DNA of 61,967 bases, the filler included. It is 6 parts of 6 records of this genome, joined end to end, with 100 filler letters (N's around TTAATTAATTAA, not from the genome) between each part and the next. Parts side by side here need not be neighbours in the genome. Positions count along the whole stretch, not along the records: positions 1 to 11,010 come from SRR22947725_4607; 5 more parts are not named here. The stretch is one strand, 5' to 3'. Within the stretch, counting starts at the first letter, position 1, and each line of letters starts with the position of its first letter. Below the pieces are notes generated by a model. That model searched no databases and had not been told where the DNA came from. It saw only the letters and a list, made by a program, of their open reading frames with translations. Position numbers and translations under genes: made by a program. Of this stretch, positions 1 to 10,550 are shown one piece after another.

Positions 1-901
1 TGTCAACTCCAATATGATTTTCAACTCTATCCATTGTTAATGGTAATGTTGCTGCACTACTACTGGTGGAAAATGCCAAAAGCTGAGCTGGACTGATTTT
101 TTTTAAAAAGACTAAGGGGTTAGAATTTGTTATAAAATAAACAGCAATGCAATAAACTGTTAGCATAAAAAATAGTCCTAGACATACAACTCCACTATAT
201 TTTAAAAGTGCTAATAATAGATCAGAGTCATTAGAGGAGGTAATCACACTAGCTAATAGTGCAAATACAGCATAAGGAGCTGTTTTCATAATCAAATCAA
301 CCATCTTTAAAACAACAAAATTTAGGGAATCAAAAAATGATTTTAATGATTTTGACTTTTCTTCTCCAATTAAAAGCATACTAATTCCTAAAAATATTGT
401 AAAAAATATAACTTGTAGCATTAATGAATTATTAGACATCGCTTTAAATGCGTTGTCTGGAACTGTATCTACAAGAAACTGTAATGGACTACTTTGTATT
501 TGATTGTTTGCTTCCGCTAATTTAGATTGAACACCAGAACTTTCAGAGTATGTGGATGTTAATCTCTCTACAGTTTCACTAGAAATACCCGAACCTGGAT
601 TAATTACATTAACTAAGACTAAACCAATAGAAATTGCAACAACTGTTGTTACAATGTATGTAATAATGGTTTTGGAGCCAATAGTCTTAAATTTTGAAAT
701 ATCCTTTAAATCTGAAATACCCTTGATAAGTGATGCCAAAATTAAAGGGATAGCAATTAATTTTAAAAGTTTAACAAAAATAGTTCCTAGTGGTTTGATC
801 CAATTGTTGACTAACATATCTCCCCCATCAATATTTAGCATTAAAATACCAAACAAAACACCAAACAACATTCCAATTAAAATTTTCCAATGTAAAGCCA
901 T
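1..901 (-). CDS. Dicarboxylate/amino acid:cation symporter (DAACS, GltP-like); 3' end runs off the window
   Basis: Not in the ORF track; translated by hand. ATG at 901 gives MALHWKILIGMLFGVLFG, and the family motif LAFSTSSSAATLPLTM lies near the window start. Confidence 0.92.
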   Translation of the reverse strand, partial: MALHWKILIGMLFGVLFGILMLNIDGGDMLVNNWIKPLGTIFVKLLKLIAIPLILASLIKGISDLKDISKFKTIGSKTIITYIVTTVVAISIGLVLVNVINPGSGISSETVERLTSTYSESSGVQSKLAEANNQIQSSPLQFLVDTVPDNAFKAMSNNSLMLQVIFFTIFLGISMLLIGEEKSKSLKSFFDSLNFVVLKMVDLIMKTAPYAVFALLASVITSSNDSDLLLALLKYSGVVCLGLFFMLTVYCIAVYFITNSNPLVFLKKISPAQLLAFSTSSSAATLPLTMDRVENHIGVD

Positions 902-911
902 TTTTTTTTTA

Positions 912-1976
912 TTATAATTTATTTAGTCTAGATAAAAGTACAAAGTCTGCAATAACTAATGCAGCCATGGATTCAACAATAGGAATTGCTCTAGGTAAAA
1001 CACATGGGTCATGTCTTCCTTTACCCATCATAGTAACCTCTTTACTGTCTGAATTGATTGTTGTTTGCCTTTGCATAATTGTAGCTACAGGTTTAAATGC
1101 AATATTGAAATAGATATCCATTCCATTGCTAATACCTCCTTGAATTCCACCAGAGTGATTAGTTTCTGTTGTATTATCTTCATTAAACAAATCATTATGT
1201 TCACTACCTTTTAATAAAGTTCCTTTAAAACCACTACCAAACTCAAACCCTTTTACAGCATTAATTGAAAGCATCGCACTACCCAGTTTAGCATGTAGTT
1301 TATTAAAAACAGGTTCACCGATACCAATTGGCGCATTCTTAATCACACATGTAATCACTCCTCCAATAGTATCACCATTTTTTTTAATATCTTTTATTTT
1401 TTCAATCATCAATTGTGCAGTAGAATCTTCAGGACATCTAATTGAATTATTTTCAATTTTAGAAAAATCTAATTCAGAATAATGTTTATCGAGTTTAATT
1501 TCACCAACAGATGAAGTATAAGCAGTTATATTAATGTCACTAATAAATTGTTTAGCAATAGCACCTGCAACAACTCTACAAACAGTTTCACGGGCAGAAC
1601 TTCTTCCTCCACCTCTGTAATCTCTTAAACCATATTTTTTTTCATAAGTAAAATCAGCATGACTAGGTCTAAAAATATTTTTAATATGATCATAATCTTT
1701 AGATTTTTGATTAGAATTTTTAATTATAAAACCAATTGGAGTACCAGTTGTAATTCCATCAAAAATTCCTGATAAAAATTCTACTTGATCATCTTCTTTT
1801 CTTTGTGTTACTATTTTAGATTGACCAGGTTTTCTTCTGCTTAATTCAAAGTTAATTTTATCATAATCAATTTTTAATCCAGCTGGACAGCCATCAATAA
1901 TACCACCTAACGCAAGTCCATGAGACTCTCCAAATGAAGTCAATTTAAAAATATTTCCAAATGTATTAGCAGACAT
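912..1976 (-). CDS. aroC: Chorismate synthase
   Basis: Signatures [21 protein letters not shown] and GRHDPC. Confidence 0.98.
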   Translation of the reverse strand: MSANTFGNIFKLTSFGESHGLALGGIIDGCPAGLKIDYDKINFELSRRKPGQSKIVTQRKEDDQVEFLSGIFDGITTGTPIGFIIKNSNQKSKDYDHIKNIFRPSHADFTYEKKYGLRDYRGGGRSSARETVCRVVAGAIAKQFISDINITAYTSSVGEIKLDKHYSELDFSKIENNSIRCPEDSTAQLMIEKIKDIKKNGDTIGGVITCVIKNAPIGIGEPVFNKLHAKLGSAMLSINAVKGFEFGSGFKGTLLKGSEHNDLFNEDNTTETNHSGGIQGGISNGMDIYFNIAFKPVATIMQRQTTINSDSKEVTMMGKGRHDPCVLPRAIPIVESMAALVIADFVLLSRLNKL

Positions 1977-2052
1977 AAAAATTGTGATTAAATAGTAAAA
2001 ATAGATTATTAAGATTAAAACAAAAAATTATGTATTGTATTTTAAATTACAT

Positions 2053-2060
2053 TAATTTTG
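2053..2060 (+). promoter_or_regulatory. Bacteroidetes -7 promoter element (TAnnTTTG) upstream of dld
   Basis: TAATTTTG 25 nt before the dld start matches the TAnnTTTG consensus; the -33 element is weak. Confidence 0.55.
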
Positions 2061-2085
2061 AGTTTATAAGTTTAATGTTGATAAA

Positions 2086-3777
2086 TTGGAAAACTACAAA
2101 AGTTTAATTGATGATTTGACAAAAATTTCAGGAGATAAATTTATAATTATTTCTAAATGGAATAAAGAACCATATTGTAAAGGATGGAGATATGGTCAAG
2201 GAGAAGCTTTAGCAGTTGTCAGACCTTCGACATTATTAGAGTTTTGGAAAATATTACAAGTTTGTGTAAAATCTGATGTAATTATAATTATGCAGGCAGC
2301 CAATACAGGATTAACTGGTGGCTCTACTCCTTATGGCAATAATTATGATCGCCCAATAATTATTATTAATACCATGCGTATTAATGATATTCAAATAATT
2401 GATAATGGAAACCAGGTTATTGGATTAGCTGGAAGTACGTTATATGACTTAGAAAATAAACTAAAACCATTAAATAGAGAACCTCATTCTGTTATTGGTT
2501 CAACTTCAATAGGAGCTTCGATAGTTGGTGGAGTCTGTAATAATTCTGGCGGTTCATTAGTTAAAAGAGGACCTGCTTACACCGAATTATCATTGTATGC
2601 TAAAGTTAATAAAAGCGGTAAATTAGAATTAATTAATGATCTTGGAGTTAATTTAGGTTCAACTGAAGAAGATATCTTAAATAATTTGGAAAATAGAAAT
2701 TATAATGAAAGAGATATTATTCACTCCGATAAATTAGCTTCTGACAATAAGTACACAGAAATTATTCGTCAAATTGACTCTAGTACACCTTCAAGATTTA
2801 ATTCTGATAGTAGACTATTATACGGTGCTTCAGGAAGTGCAGGTAAAATTGCGGTATTTGCTGTTAGACTAGATACATACCCGAAACCGATAAGAAATAA
2901 GGTATTTTATTTAGGTTCAAATGATCCTGATGTATTTTGGGAAATAAGAAGAAATATACTATCGAAATTTAAAACTCTTCCAACAGCAGGAGACTACTTA
3001 CATAGAGATTGTTACGATGCAGCTAAAAAATATAGTAAAGATACTTTCATTGTAATAGATAAATTAGGTACAAATTTCCTCCCAACTCTTTTTGAATTAA
3101 AAAGAAAAGTAGATTTATTATCAACAAAAATAAAATTCTTACCAAATAAATTATCGGACAAATTAATGCAGTTTTTAAGTAATTTATATCCAAATCATTT
3201 ACCCAAAAGAATGGAGGATTTTAGAGATAAATATGAACATCATTGGGTAATTGAAATGTCAGATGATGGAATTCAAGAAGCTAAAGAATATTTTAGTAAT
3301 TTTTTTAAATTTAAAGAAGGTGATTATTTTGAGTGTACTAAAAAGGAAGCAAGAAAAGCTATATTACATCGATTTGTTGCTGCAAGTGCAATAGGCAGAT
3401 ATCATGCTCTTAATGAAAATACTACCGGTGGAATGCTATCAATGGATATAGCTTTTCCTAGAAATGAAAAGGATTGGTTTGAAAAATTACCAAACGAAAT
3501 TGATTGTTTACTTGACAAGAAGTTTTATTATGGGCATTTATTTTGTCATGTAATGCATCTTAATTATATAGTAAAAAAAGATGTAAACCCTATTTTATTA
3601 AAGAAAAAACTACTTAAAACGTATGAGGCTAGAGGCGCTGAATATCCAGCAGAGCATAATGTCGGTCATGAATATGATGCAAAATCTTCTTTAGAAATGT
3701 TTTATAAGGAACTAGATCCAAATAATGTTTTCAATCCAGGAATTGGTAGAACTAGCAAGAAAAAATATTGGAAATAA
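2086..3777 (+). CDS. dld: FAD-dependent, quinone-linked membrane D-lactate dehydrogenase
   Basis: 563 aa with QAANTGLTGGSTP, GASIVGGVCNNSGG, YYGHLFCHVMH, YPAEHNVGHEY and FNPGIG, as in E. coli-type Dld; TTG start. Confidence 0.93.
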   Translation: MENYKSLIDDLTKISGDKFIIISKWNKEPYCKGWRYGQGEALAVVRPSTLLEFWKILQVCVKSDVIIIMQAANTGLTGGSTPYGNNYDRPIIIINTMRINDIQIIDNGNQVIGLAGSTLYDLENKLKPLNREPHSVIGSTSIGASIVGGVCNNSGGSLVKRGPAYTELSLYAKVNKSGKLELINDLGVNLGSTEEDILNNLENRNYNERDIIHSDKLASDNKYTEIIRQIDSSTPSRFNSDSRLLYGASGSAGKIAVFAVRLDTYPKPIRNKVFYLGSNDPDVFWEIRRNILSKFKTLPTAGDYLHRDCYDAAKKYSKDTFIVIDKLGTNFLPTLFELKRKVDLLSTKIKFLPNKLSDKLMQFLSNLYPNHLPKRMEDFRDKYEHHWVIEMSDDGIQEAKEYFSNFFKFKEGDYFECTKKEARKAILHRFVAASAIGRYHALNENTTGGMLSMDIAFPRNEKDWFEKLPNEIDCLLDKKFYYGHLFCHVMHLNYIVKKDVNPILLKKKLLKTYEARGAEYPAEHNVGHEYDAKSSLEMFYKELDPNNVFNPGIGRTSKKKYWK

Positions 3778-3788
3778 TTATATTAAAA

Positions 3789-5171
3789 TTAAATAACTCT
3801 CAATAATTCTGATTTCCTAGACTCTTTCCATTTACCAGATGTAAAATCTGGTATTTTTATAGTTTTACTTTCGTTAATTACAGACATCTCTGAAAGAGGC
3901 AGAATTGAACTCCACATAACACTATCATAAACATTTATATCAAGTGGTAGACCTTTATTTAAACATCTAATAATTCTATATATCATTACAAAATCCATTC
4001 CACCATGACCAGCTTGCTTGTTTGATATTTCTTTTTCCATTGTAGCCCATAAAGGATGGTTATATTTCTTACGATAATCATCATATTCTTTTTCATTTAA
4101 CCAACTATGGCTCCATTGTAATTTACTGTTATTAATATATAATTTTGATGGATAGCCTTGGTGTGCTGCTTTGGTTCCATTGACATTATTTAATCTTGTA
4201 TAAGGTCTACCTGTATGTACATCATATTGAAGCTTAATAGTTTTTCCAAGTTTAGTTTTTATCAGTGTAGTATTCATATCACCACACGAAAATGAATCAT
4301 ATTTACTATTTATAGATTTTGCAGCCAAACTCAGTGCTTCTTCATTAGAACTCATAGAAACTAAGTGATTAAAATTATCTCCCCTTCCAATATCCATATA
4401 AGAACATACAGGACCCAGTCCATGGGTGGGGTAAAGGTTTCCATTTCTATTTTGATGATGCTTTATTCTCCACTGATTATGATAATATTCATCATCTAAG
4501 AGATGTTTTCTTAAATCATGTATATAAGCTCCTTCGGCATGATTAATATTTCCAAAAACATCATTATCTATCATATTTAATAACCATAACTCTTCATTAT
4601 TAAAGCAACAATTTTCCATCATCATACAATGCTTTTTTGTAGATTCTGCAACTTCAACAATCTTCCAACAATCTTCAAGTGAAGTAGCAATTGGAACTTC
4701 ACAAGCAACATGCTTATCATTTTCCATTGAATAAATACACATTTCAGTATGAGTATCCCATGGAGTTGCTATTATTATAAGATCTATATCATCACGCTTA
4801 ACTAACTTTTTCCATGATTTAATGTTATCACTATAGATGTAAGGCTTTCTTTTTTGTATTTTTTTTAAGTAATTAATATTTTTATCAATGTTATTCTCAT
4901 TTAAATCGCTTAAAGCGACAATTTCAGCAAAGTTATTTTTTATTAAATAATCAAACATTTGAATCAACACACTGCCTCTATTTCCTAATCCAATAATACC
5001 TACTCTAACCTTTTTAATAGCTTGATCTTTTAATTCATAGCAAGAACCATCATTATCAAAAGTAGGTTTTAAGTATTCCACTAATTGAGATGAATTGGCA
5101 AGAGTTTTTGGGGTAATACCAAAAAACATAGCAGCACTTGCTGAAATCTTTAAAAAATCTTTTCTTTTCAT
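3789..5171 (-). CDS. GH109-like NAD+-dependent glycosidase (alpha-N-acetylgalactosaminidase family, Gfo/Idh/MocA fold) with Tat-like signal
   Basis: MKRKDFLK Tat-like leader, GLGNRG Rossmann motif, MMMENCC, YPTHGLGP and GHGGMD, typical of GH109. Confidence 0.88.
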   Translation of the reverse strand: MKRKDFLKISASAAMFFGITPKTLANSSQLVEYLKPTFDNDGSCYELKDQAIKKVRVGIIGLGNRGSVLIQMFDYLIKNNFAEIVALSDLNENNIDKNINYLKKIQKRKPYIYSDNIKSWKKLVKRDDIDLIIIATPWDTHTEMCIYSMENDKHVACEVPIATSLEDCWKIVEVAESTKKHCMMMENCCFNNEELWLLNMIDNDVFGNINHAEGAYIHDLRKHLLDDEYYHNQWRIKHHQNRNGNLYPTHGLGPVCSYMDIGRGDNFNHLVSMSSNEEALSLAAKSINSKYDSFSCGDMNTTLIKTKLGKTIKLQYDVHTGRPYTRLNNVNGTKAAHQGYPSKLYINNSKLQWSHSWLNEKEYDDYRKKYNHPLWATMEKEISNKQAGHGGMDFVMIYRIIRCLNKGLPLDINVYDSVMWSSILPLSEMSVINESKTIKIPDFTSGKWKESRKSELLRVI

Positions 5172-5181
5172 AATAAATTAT

Positions 5182-6312
5182 TTATGATTGTTTACTTAAT
5201 GTTCTTTTATAAATATCTTCATAATGCGGAACTATATTGTGTACATCAAACTTATTAGCTTGTTGTTTTGCATTCTTTTTAAAATTTATCAATTTTGTTG
5301 AATCTTTAAGTATTTTAATTGCATTCTTAGCCATAGTATTTATATCGCCAACATCTGAAAGATAACCTGAAAAACCATTTTTATTTACTTCAGGAAGACC
5401 TCCTGAATTGGTAGATACTACAGGAACAGATGAGGCCATTGCTTCTAAAGCTACAAGTCCAAAACTCTCTGTTGTTGATGCTAAAATAAACACATCACTT
5501 AAACATAAAATTTTAGCAGTCTCATTAGAAGCACCTAAAAATAAAACCTTTTTATTAAGATTAAGTTCATCACATAATTTTTCTGCTTTTATTCTCTCTG
5601 GACCATCACCTAATAATATTAGTTTTGAATTAATTTCTTTATTAATTAAATTGAATGAATTTATTACATCATCGATTCTTTTTACTTTTCTAAAATTACT
5701 TATATGTGTAATTATCTTTTCGTCTTTATTAGCTAAAACACCACGATTACAATTTTCATGAACATGGATGTATTTTTCTAAATCAACAAAGTTTGGAATA
5801 ACTTCAATGTTTTTTTTAATATTAAAAAAGCTCAAGGTATCTCTCTTCAGGTCTTTAGAAACTGAAGTTACCGCATCGGAATTGTTTATACTAAATTCAA
5901 CTGCATTCTTGTAATATGGATGACTTCCAACTAATGTTATATCTGTTCCATGTAAAGTTGTTACTATAGGTAAATTAATACCCCTTGTTTTTAACATTTG
6001 CTTAGACATATAAGCAGCATAAGCATGGGGTATGGCATAATGCACATGTAAAATATCAATTTTATGTAATTGAACCATATCAACAATTTTACTAGAAAGT
6101 GCCAGTTCATATGGCTGATAATGAAATAAAGGGTAATCGGGAACGATTACTTCATGGTAATGAATATTGTTGTTAAATAAATTCAATTTGACAGGTTGAT
6201 TATAAGTAATAAAATGAACTTCATGACCTCGTTTGCTTAACTCTAAGCCAAGTTCTGTAGCTACTACTCCACTCCCTCCATAAGTTGGATAACATACAAT
6301 TCCTATAATCAT
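5182..6312 (-). CDS. bshA: N-acetyl-alpha-D-glucosaminyl L-malate synthase (GT4)
   Basis: CYPTYGGSG, HVHYAIPHA, TTLHGTDIT, SNFRKVKR and ESFGLVALEAM. Confidence 0.95.
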   Translation of the reverse strand: MIIGIVCYPTYGGSGVVATELGLELSKRGHEVHFITYNQPVKLNLFNNNIHYHEVIVPDYPLFHYQPYELALSSKIVDMVQLHKIDILHVHYAIPHAYAAYMSKQMLKTRGINLPIVTTLHGTDITLVGSHPYYKNAVEFSINNSDAVTSVSKDLKRDTLSFFNIKKNIEVIPNFVDLEKYIHVHENCNRGVLANKDEKIITHISNFRKVKRIDDVINSFNLINKEINSKLILLGDGPERIKAEKLCDELNLNKKVLFLGASNETAKILCLSDVFILASTTESFGLVALEAMASSVPVVSTNSGGLPEVNKNGFSGYLSDVGDINTMAKNAIKILKDSTKLINFKKNAKQQANKFDVHNIVPHYEDIYKRTLSKQS

Positions 6313-6317
6313 AAATA

Positions 6318-9239
6318 TTATTTAATTATTGATTCATAAATTAATTTCTGAATATCAGTCCTTATATTATTTTTTAATAATTTATTCTCATCTGATTTGG
6401 GATAAGATCGATTAGATAAAAAGACATAAACAATATTTTCAACTGGATCAGCCCATGTATAAGTTCCGGTCCAACCTGAGTGACCAAAACTATCCATAGA
6501 AACACAACCACATGTAGGTCCATCTTCTTCAATTTGTGGTTTATCAAAACCAACTCCTCTCCTATTATCTTCTTTACAATAATAACAATTATTAAATAAA
6601 TCTATAGTTGATTTGTTAAAATATCTTTCTCCTCCGTAATATCCATCTTGTATAAACATCTGCATAACTTTAGCAATATCATTAACATTACTAAATAAAC
6701 CTGCATGACCTCCTATTCCTCCTTGCATAGCGGCACCCATATCATGCACAGTTCCTCTGATTTCTTGAAATCTAAAGTAATCATCAATTTCAGTTGGAGC
6801 TATATTATCTAAAGAATTTATTTTTTTAGGAAAGAATGACGAATGAGTTAATCCCATTTTATTAAACATTTGTGAATCTATAATTAAAGACAAATTAGAA
6901 GAATAATAATTTTCTATAAATTCTTTTAAAATATAGTAAGGTAAGTCACTGTATTTGTACTTATCATTATTTAACTCACTGTTTTTAATATTTATATTAA
7001 TACTATCTTTAAAGCTGGATAGTAGATATAAATTTTCAGTTACTTTAATGTTATATTTATTACTAAAACTCTTTTTGTAATATAAAGGGTTAGGCACTTT
7101 GTTTAATGTGTCTAAAGTTGATTTGTAAAATGGTATCCATGATTTTAAATTTGCAAAATGAGATAAAATTTCTTTAATGGTTTTATGAGACTTATTTGAG
7201 TTATCATATTGAGGTATAATTTCTTTTAACTGTGTGTCTAATGACAATTTTCCATTCTCAACCATTTTCATTACTATTGGAAGAGTGACCAAAATTTTAG
7301 TCAAGGATGCTACATCATAAATCGTATTATGATTTACACTTTGTTTTTTTTTATAAGTTAAATACCCAAAGTATTTATCATAGATTACTTTTCCATCTCT
7401 TGCAACTAATATTTGCAAACCTGGAGTCATACTAGAGTCAATTGCTATCTTTGCTAGTGAATCTATTTTATTTAATTTTGCTGAACTTAAGTTCACAGAC
7501 TCAGGTAAACCATAAGACAATCTATTTATTTTATTTAATTCTAAACCTTGTCCTATGGAAAATAACTTACCGACACTAACAGGAATAGTTCCTGAAGATT
7601 CAATTGCACCGAATATCAATTGTGCAGATTTTTTTTGAAAAACTTTAGAGTTTTGATATGAAATTATAACACTGTTTATGTTTTTAATGTTTTTAAATTC
7701 ATTTAACATATAAGGGCTGCCAAAAATATTTAATATGACATTAACTTTTTTTGATATGCGATTAATAAAGTTAACTTCATCTTTTTTTAAATTATAGGTT
7801 TTCCAAGGGGTTTCACTATTTGCATGAACACCTATTATAATAGTTTTATAATTTGATTCTATAAAACTTACAGATTCAGATTTTAAAATATCTAAATTAT
7901 TTAAATGTTCAATTTTTGAGTATTTTTTTAGAGCCACAAGAAAAGGCATGTATTCATCATTACCAAAATTCAAATAACCAATTGTGTTATTTAAATTATC
8001 TATTGGAAGAATATTGTCATTATTCTTGACAACACTAATAGATTTTTCAACCAAATCTTCATATAAAAGATTATTGTTTAGACTATTTAAATCATCATAT
8101 AAATTGTTTTTTGAAATCTGCAGAAAATTACTCAATCCAACTTTATACTTTGCTTTTAATATTTTTTTAACTGAGTAAGATAACCTTTCTTCTGTAATTT
8201 TACCTAAATTGTATTCATTAACAATAGACTTAATACCTTCAGAAACATTGGCTGACATTAATAAGACATCATTACCTGCCTTAAAAGCTAACATATCTAA
8301 ATTACCATTTGATTTAAAATTAGAAAGGCCTTTCATTTCTAGTGCATCAGTTATGATTAATCCTTTAAATCCTAAAGTATTTTTTAAAAGAGTCGTTACA
8401 ATTGAATAAGATAAAGTTGATGGTAGTCCTTTAGTTTTTTCTAGACTTGGAACTTCTAAATGTGCTACCATTACGCTTTCTAATCCTTTTGAAATAAGAA
8501 ATTGAAAAGGTTTTAATTCTGTACTAAAAATTCTTTGCTTGTCGTGTCCAATAAAAGGTAATGTCTTATGAGAGTCAGTACTTGTATCTCCGTGCCCTGG
8601 AAAATGTTTTGCACTAGAAAGTATATTCATTTCTTGTTGACCATACATGAGATTTAATGATTTTAAAGATACATTATTTGTAGATTCACCAAAAGATCTG
8701 TTACCTATAATAGGGTTTTTTGGATTTGTATTTATATCCACTACAGGCGCAAAATTAAAGTTAACCCCAATTCTTTTGCAATGTTTAGCTATACTATTTC
8801 CTACCTGCCTTATAAGATTATTATCTTTTACAGCACCTAAAGTCATGTTCCATGGGAATGAGAATGTAGAGTCTAGTCTCATATTTAAACCCCACTCTGC
8901 ATCCATTCCTATTAGCAAGGGAATAGATGATTTACTTTGAAAGTCATTAGTTAAATCAACTTGTTTATGGGGTGTTCCTTTTGAAAATATAATACCACCA
9001 ATATTATTATCTACAATGTTATTTATAATATCATCTTTATGATTTTTATTTTTATTAGAAAATGCCTGCACAACAAATAATTGCCCTACCTTTTCTTGTA
9101 GTGTTAATGAAGAATAAATACTATCAACCCATTTACTTTGTTCTAACTCATCACCTAAAGCAATAAGTGGATCAATGGATTTCTGCGCATTAATTTCACT
9201 GATTAATAGTGCTAACACAATAAAGTATCTTATCATCAT
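6318..9239 (-). CDS. GH3 beta-N-acetylglucosaminidase fused to a C-terminal beta-lactamase-fold serine hydrolase
   Basis: Signal peptide and NagZ-type KHFPGHGDTSTDSH; C-terminal SLTK (SxxK), YSD and GHSG motifs. Confidence 0.92.
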   Translation of the reverse strand: MMIRYFIVLALLISEINAQKSIDPLIALGDELEQSKWVDSIYSSLTLQEKVGQLFVVQAFSNKNKNHKDDIINNIVDNNIGGIIFSKGTPHKQVDLTNDFQSKSSIPLLIGMDAEWGLNMRLDSTFSFPWNMTLGAVKDNNLIRQVGNSIAKHCKRIGVNFNFAPVVDINTNPKNPIIGNRSFGESTNNVSLKSLNLMYGQQEMNILSSAKHFPGHGDTSTDSHKTLPFIGHDKQRIFSTELKPFQFLISKGLESVMVAHLEVPSLEKTKGLPSTLSYSIVTTLLKNTLGFKGLIITDALEMKGLSNFKSNGNLDMLAFKAGNDVLLMSANVSEGIKSIVNEYNLGKITEERLSYSVKKILKAKYKVGLSNFLQISKNNLYDDLNSLNNNLLYEDLVEKSISVVKNNDNILPIDNLNNTIGYLNFGNDEYMPFLVALKKYSKIEHLNNLDILKSESVSFIESNYKTIIIGVHANSETPWKTYNLKKDEVNFINRISKKVNVILNIFGSPYMLNEFKNIKNINSVIISYQNSKVFQKKSAQLIFGAIESSGTIPVSVGKLFSIGQGLELNKINRLSYGLPESVNLSSAKLNKIDSLAKIAIDSSMTPGLQILVARDGKVIYDKYFGYLTYKKKQSVNHNTIYDVASLTKILVTLPIVMKMVENGKLSLDTQLKEIIPQYDNSNKSHKTIKEILSHFANLKSWIPFYKSTLDTLNKVPNPLYYKKSFSNKYNIKVTENLYLLSSFKDSININIKNSELNNDKYKYSDLPYYILKEFIENYYSSNLSLIIDSQMFNKMGLTHSSFFPKKINSLDNIAPTEIDDYFRFQEIRGTVHDMGAAMQGGIGGHAGLFSNVNDIAKVMQMFIQDGYYGGERYFNKSTIDLFNNCYYCKEDNRRGVGFDKPQIEEDGPTCGCVSMDSFGHSGWTGTYTWADPVENIVYVFLSNRSYPKSDENKLLKNNIRTDIQKLIYESIIK

Positions 9240-9258
9240 AATGAAATATTAGTTTAAA

Positions 9259-9741
9259 TTAAAAGAATCTGTTATGCCAGCTTTCTTCTATAGGTACTTC
9301 CCAATTATTTAAAAACTCAGATTTATTATTTATTAAATTATTAAAAACAATAGTTTTTTTTGAAATAGATCTGTTTTTTATCATTTTCTTAAATTCAATT
9401 AAGGGTTTATAAGCTATAAACTCCCCATGTCTGTAAGACACATTCATTTTATCTAGTAGATTAATACTATACTGCTTTTCTAAATCTTGAATAAATCTAA
9501 CCAAAGAGTCAATTGAGCAGCCTGATGCTTTTGCAACTGATTCATTTAATGAAACAATTATAAATCTATCGTATTTTATAATAAAACTGGCTTCAAGATC
9601 ACTTCCATGGGCAGTCCATGAAATTAAAAACTTTTTAATTTCCAACTCAATTTCGGTAATTTCATTCTTTGAAATAGTTCTATTGGATTGATAAACCCAA
9701 ACTCTGGATTCATTATTTAAAGTATCAAAATCTACAAGCAT
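9259..9741 (-). CDS. Conserved Bacteroidetes hypothetical protein (often mis-annotated 'ABC transporter ATPase')
   Basis: SRVWVYQ, WTAHG, ASGCSIDS and SWHNRFF motifs; no Walker A motif. Confidence 0.75.
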   Translation of the reverse strand: MLVDFDTLNNESRVWVYQSNRTISKNEITEIELEIKKFLISWTAHGSDLEASFIIKYDRFIIVSLNESVAKASGCSIDSLVRFIQDLEKQYSINLLDKMNVSYRHGEFIAYKPLIEFKKMIKNRSISKKTIVFNNLINNKSEFLNNWEVPIEESWHNRFF

Positions 9742-9744
9742 ACT

Positions 9745-10536
9745 TTACAAATCTTGAGCAGTTACAATTAATTCAACTATGTCAAGAACTTTTACATCTT
9801 TTTCTTTTTCTTTAGCCTTAACTCCATCGTTAATCATTGTATTGCAAAATGGACACCCAGCCGCGATAACACTTGTTTTGGTATCAAGCGCTTCTTCTGT
9901 TCTTACAATATTGATTTCTTTATTACCTTTTTCAGCATCTTTAAACATTTGTGCACCACCAGCTCCACAACATAGTCCATTTGACTTACATCGTTTCATT
10001 TCTATAAGTTCTAATTCAAGTTTTTTAATTAGTTCTCTTGGTGCATTATACTCATTATTAGCTCGACCTAAATAACATGGGTCATGGTAAGTGATTTTTT
10101 TGCCTTTATATTCACCACCTTCAATTTTCAACCTTCCTTCCTTCAGTAGATTATTAAGAAACTGGGTATGATGCAAAACTTTATATTTTCCGCCTAAAGA
10201 AGGATATTCATTTTTAATGGTGTTAAAACAATGAGGACATGTTGTCACAATAGTTTTAATATCGTAAGAATTTAAAACTTCAATATTTGTCATAGCCTGC
10301 ATTTGAAATAAAAATTCATTCCCAGAGCGTTTGGCTGGATCACCAGTACAAGACTCTTCAGTTCCTAGAACAGCAAAATCAACATTTATAGAATTTAAAA
10401 TCTTTACAAATGCTTTAGTAATTTTTTTAGCTCTATCATCAAAACTACCAGCACAACCTACCCAAAATAAAACTTCCGGCTCTTTTCCCTCAGCAGCATA
10501 TTCAGCAATAGTTTTTACATTTAAATTCTTTTCCAT
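9745..10536 (-). CDS. CCG-domain (Fe-S)-binding oxidoreductase subunit (HdrD/GlpC-like)
   Basis: ESCTGD, TCPHC, YHDPCYLGR, CCGAGG and CPFC. Confidence 0.9.
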   Translation of the reverse strand: MEKNLNVKTIAEYAAEGKEPEVLFWVGCAGSFDDRAKKITKAFVKILNSINVDFAVLGTEESCTGDPAKRSGNEFLFQMQAMTNIEVLNSYDIKTIVTTCPHCFNTIKNEYPSLGGKYKVLHHTQFLNNLLKEGRLKIEGGEYKGKKITYHDPCYLGRANNEYNAPRELIKKLELELIEMKRCKSNGLCCGAGGAQMFKDAEKGNKEINIVRTEEALDTKTSVIAAGCPFCNTMINDGVKAKEKEKDVKVLDIVELIVTAQDL

Positions 10537-10550
10537 ATTAGATTTATTTT

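Noticed and set aside
901..910. T10 homopolymer at the symporter start
   Set aside because: It lies upstream of and at the ATG, so it would not shift the frame, and A-rich initiation regions are normal in Bacteroidetes.
552..917. 121-aa plus-strand ORF and the many other short ORFs antisense to or nested in recognised genes (e.g. 18644-19159, 58659-59129)
   Set aside because: Shadow ORFs of well-supported genes, with no recognisable motifs.
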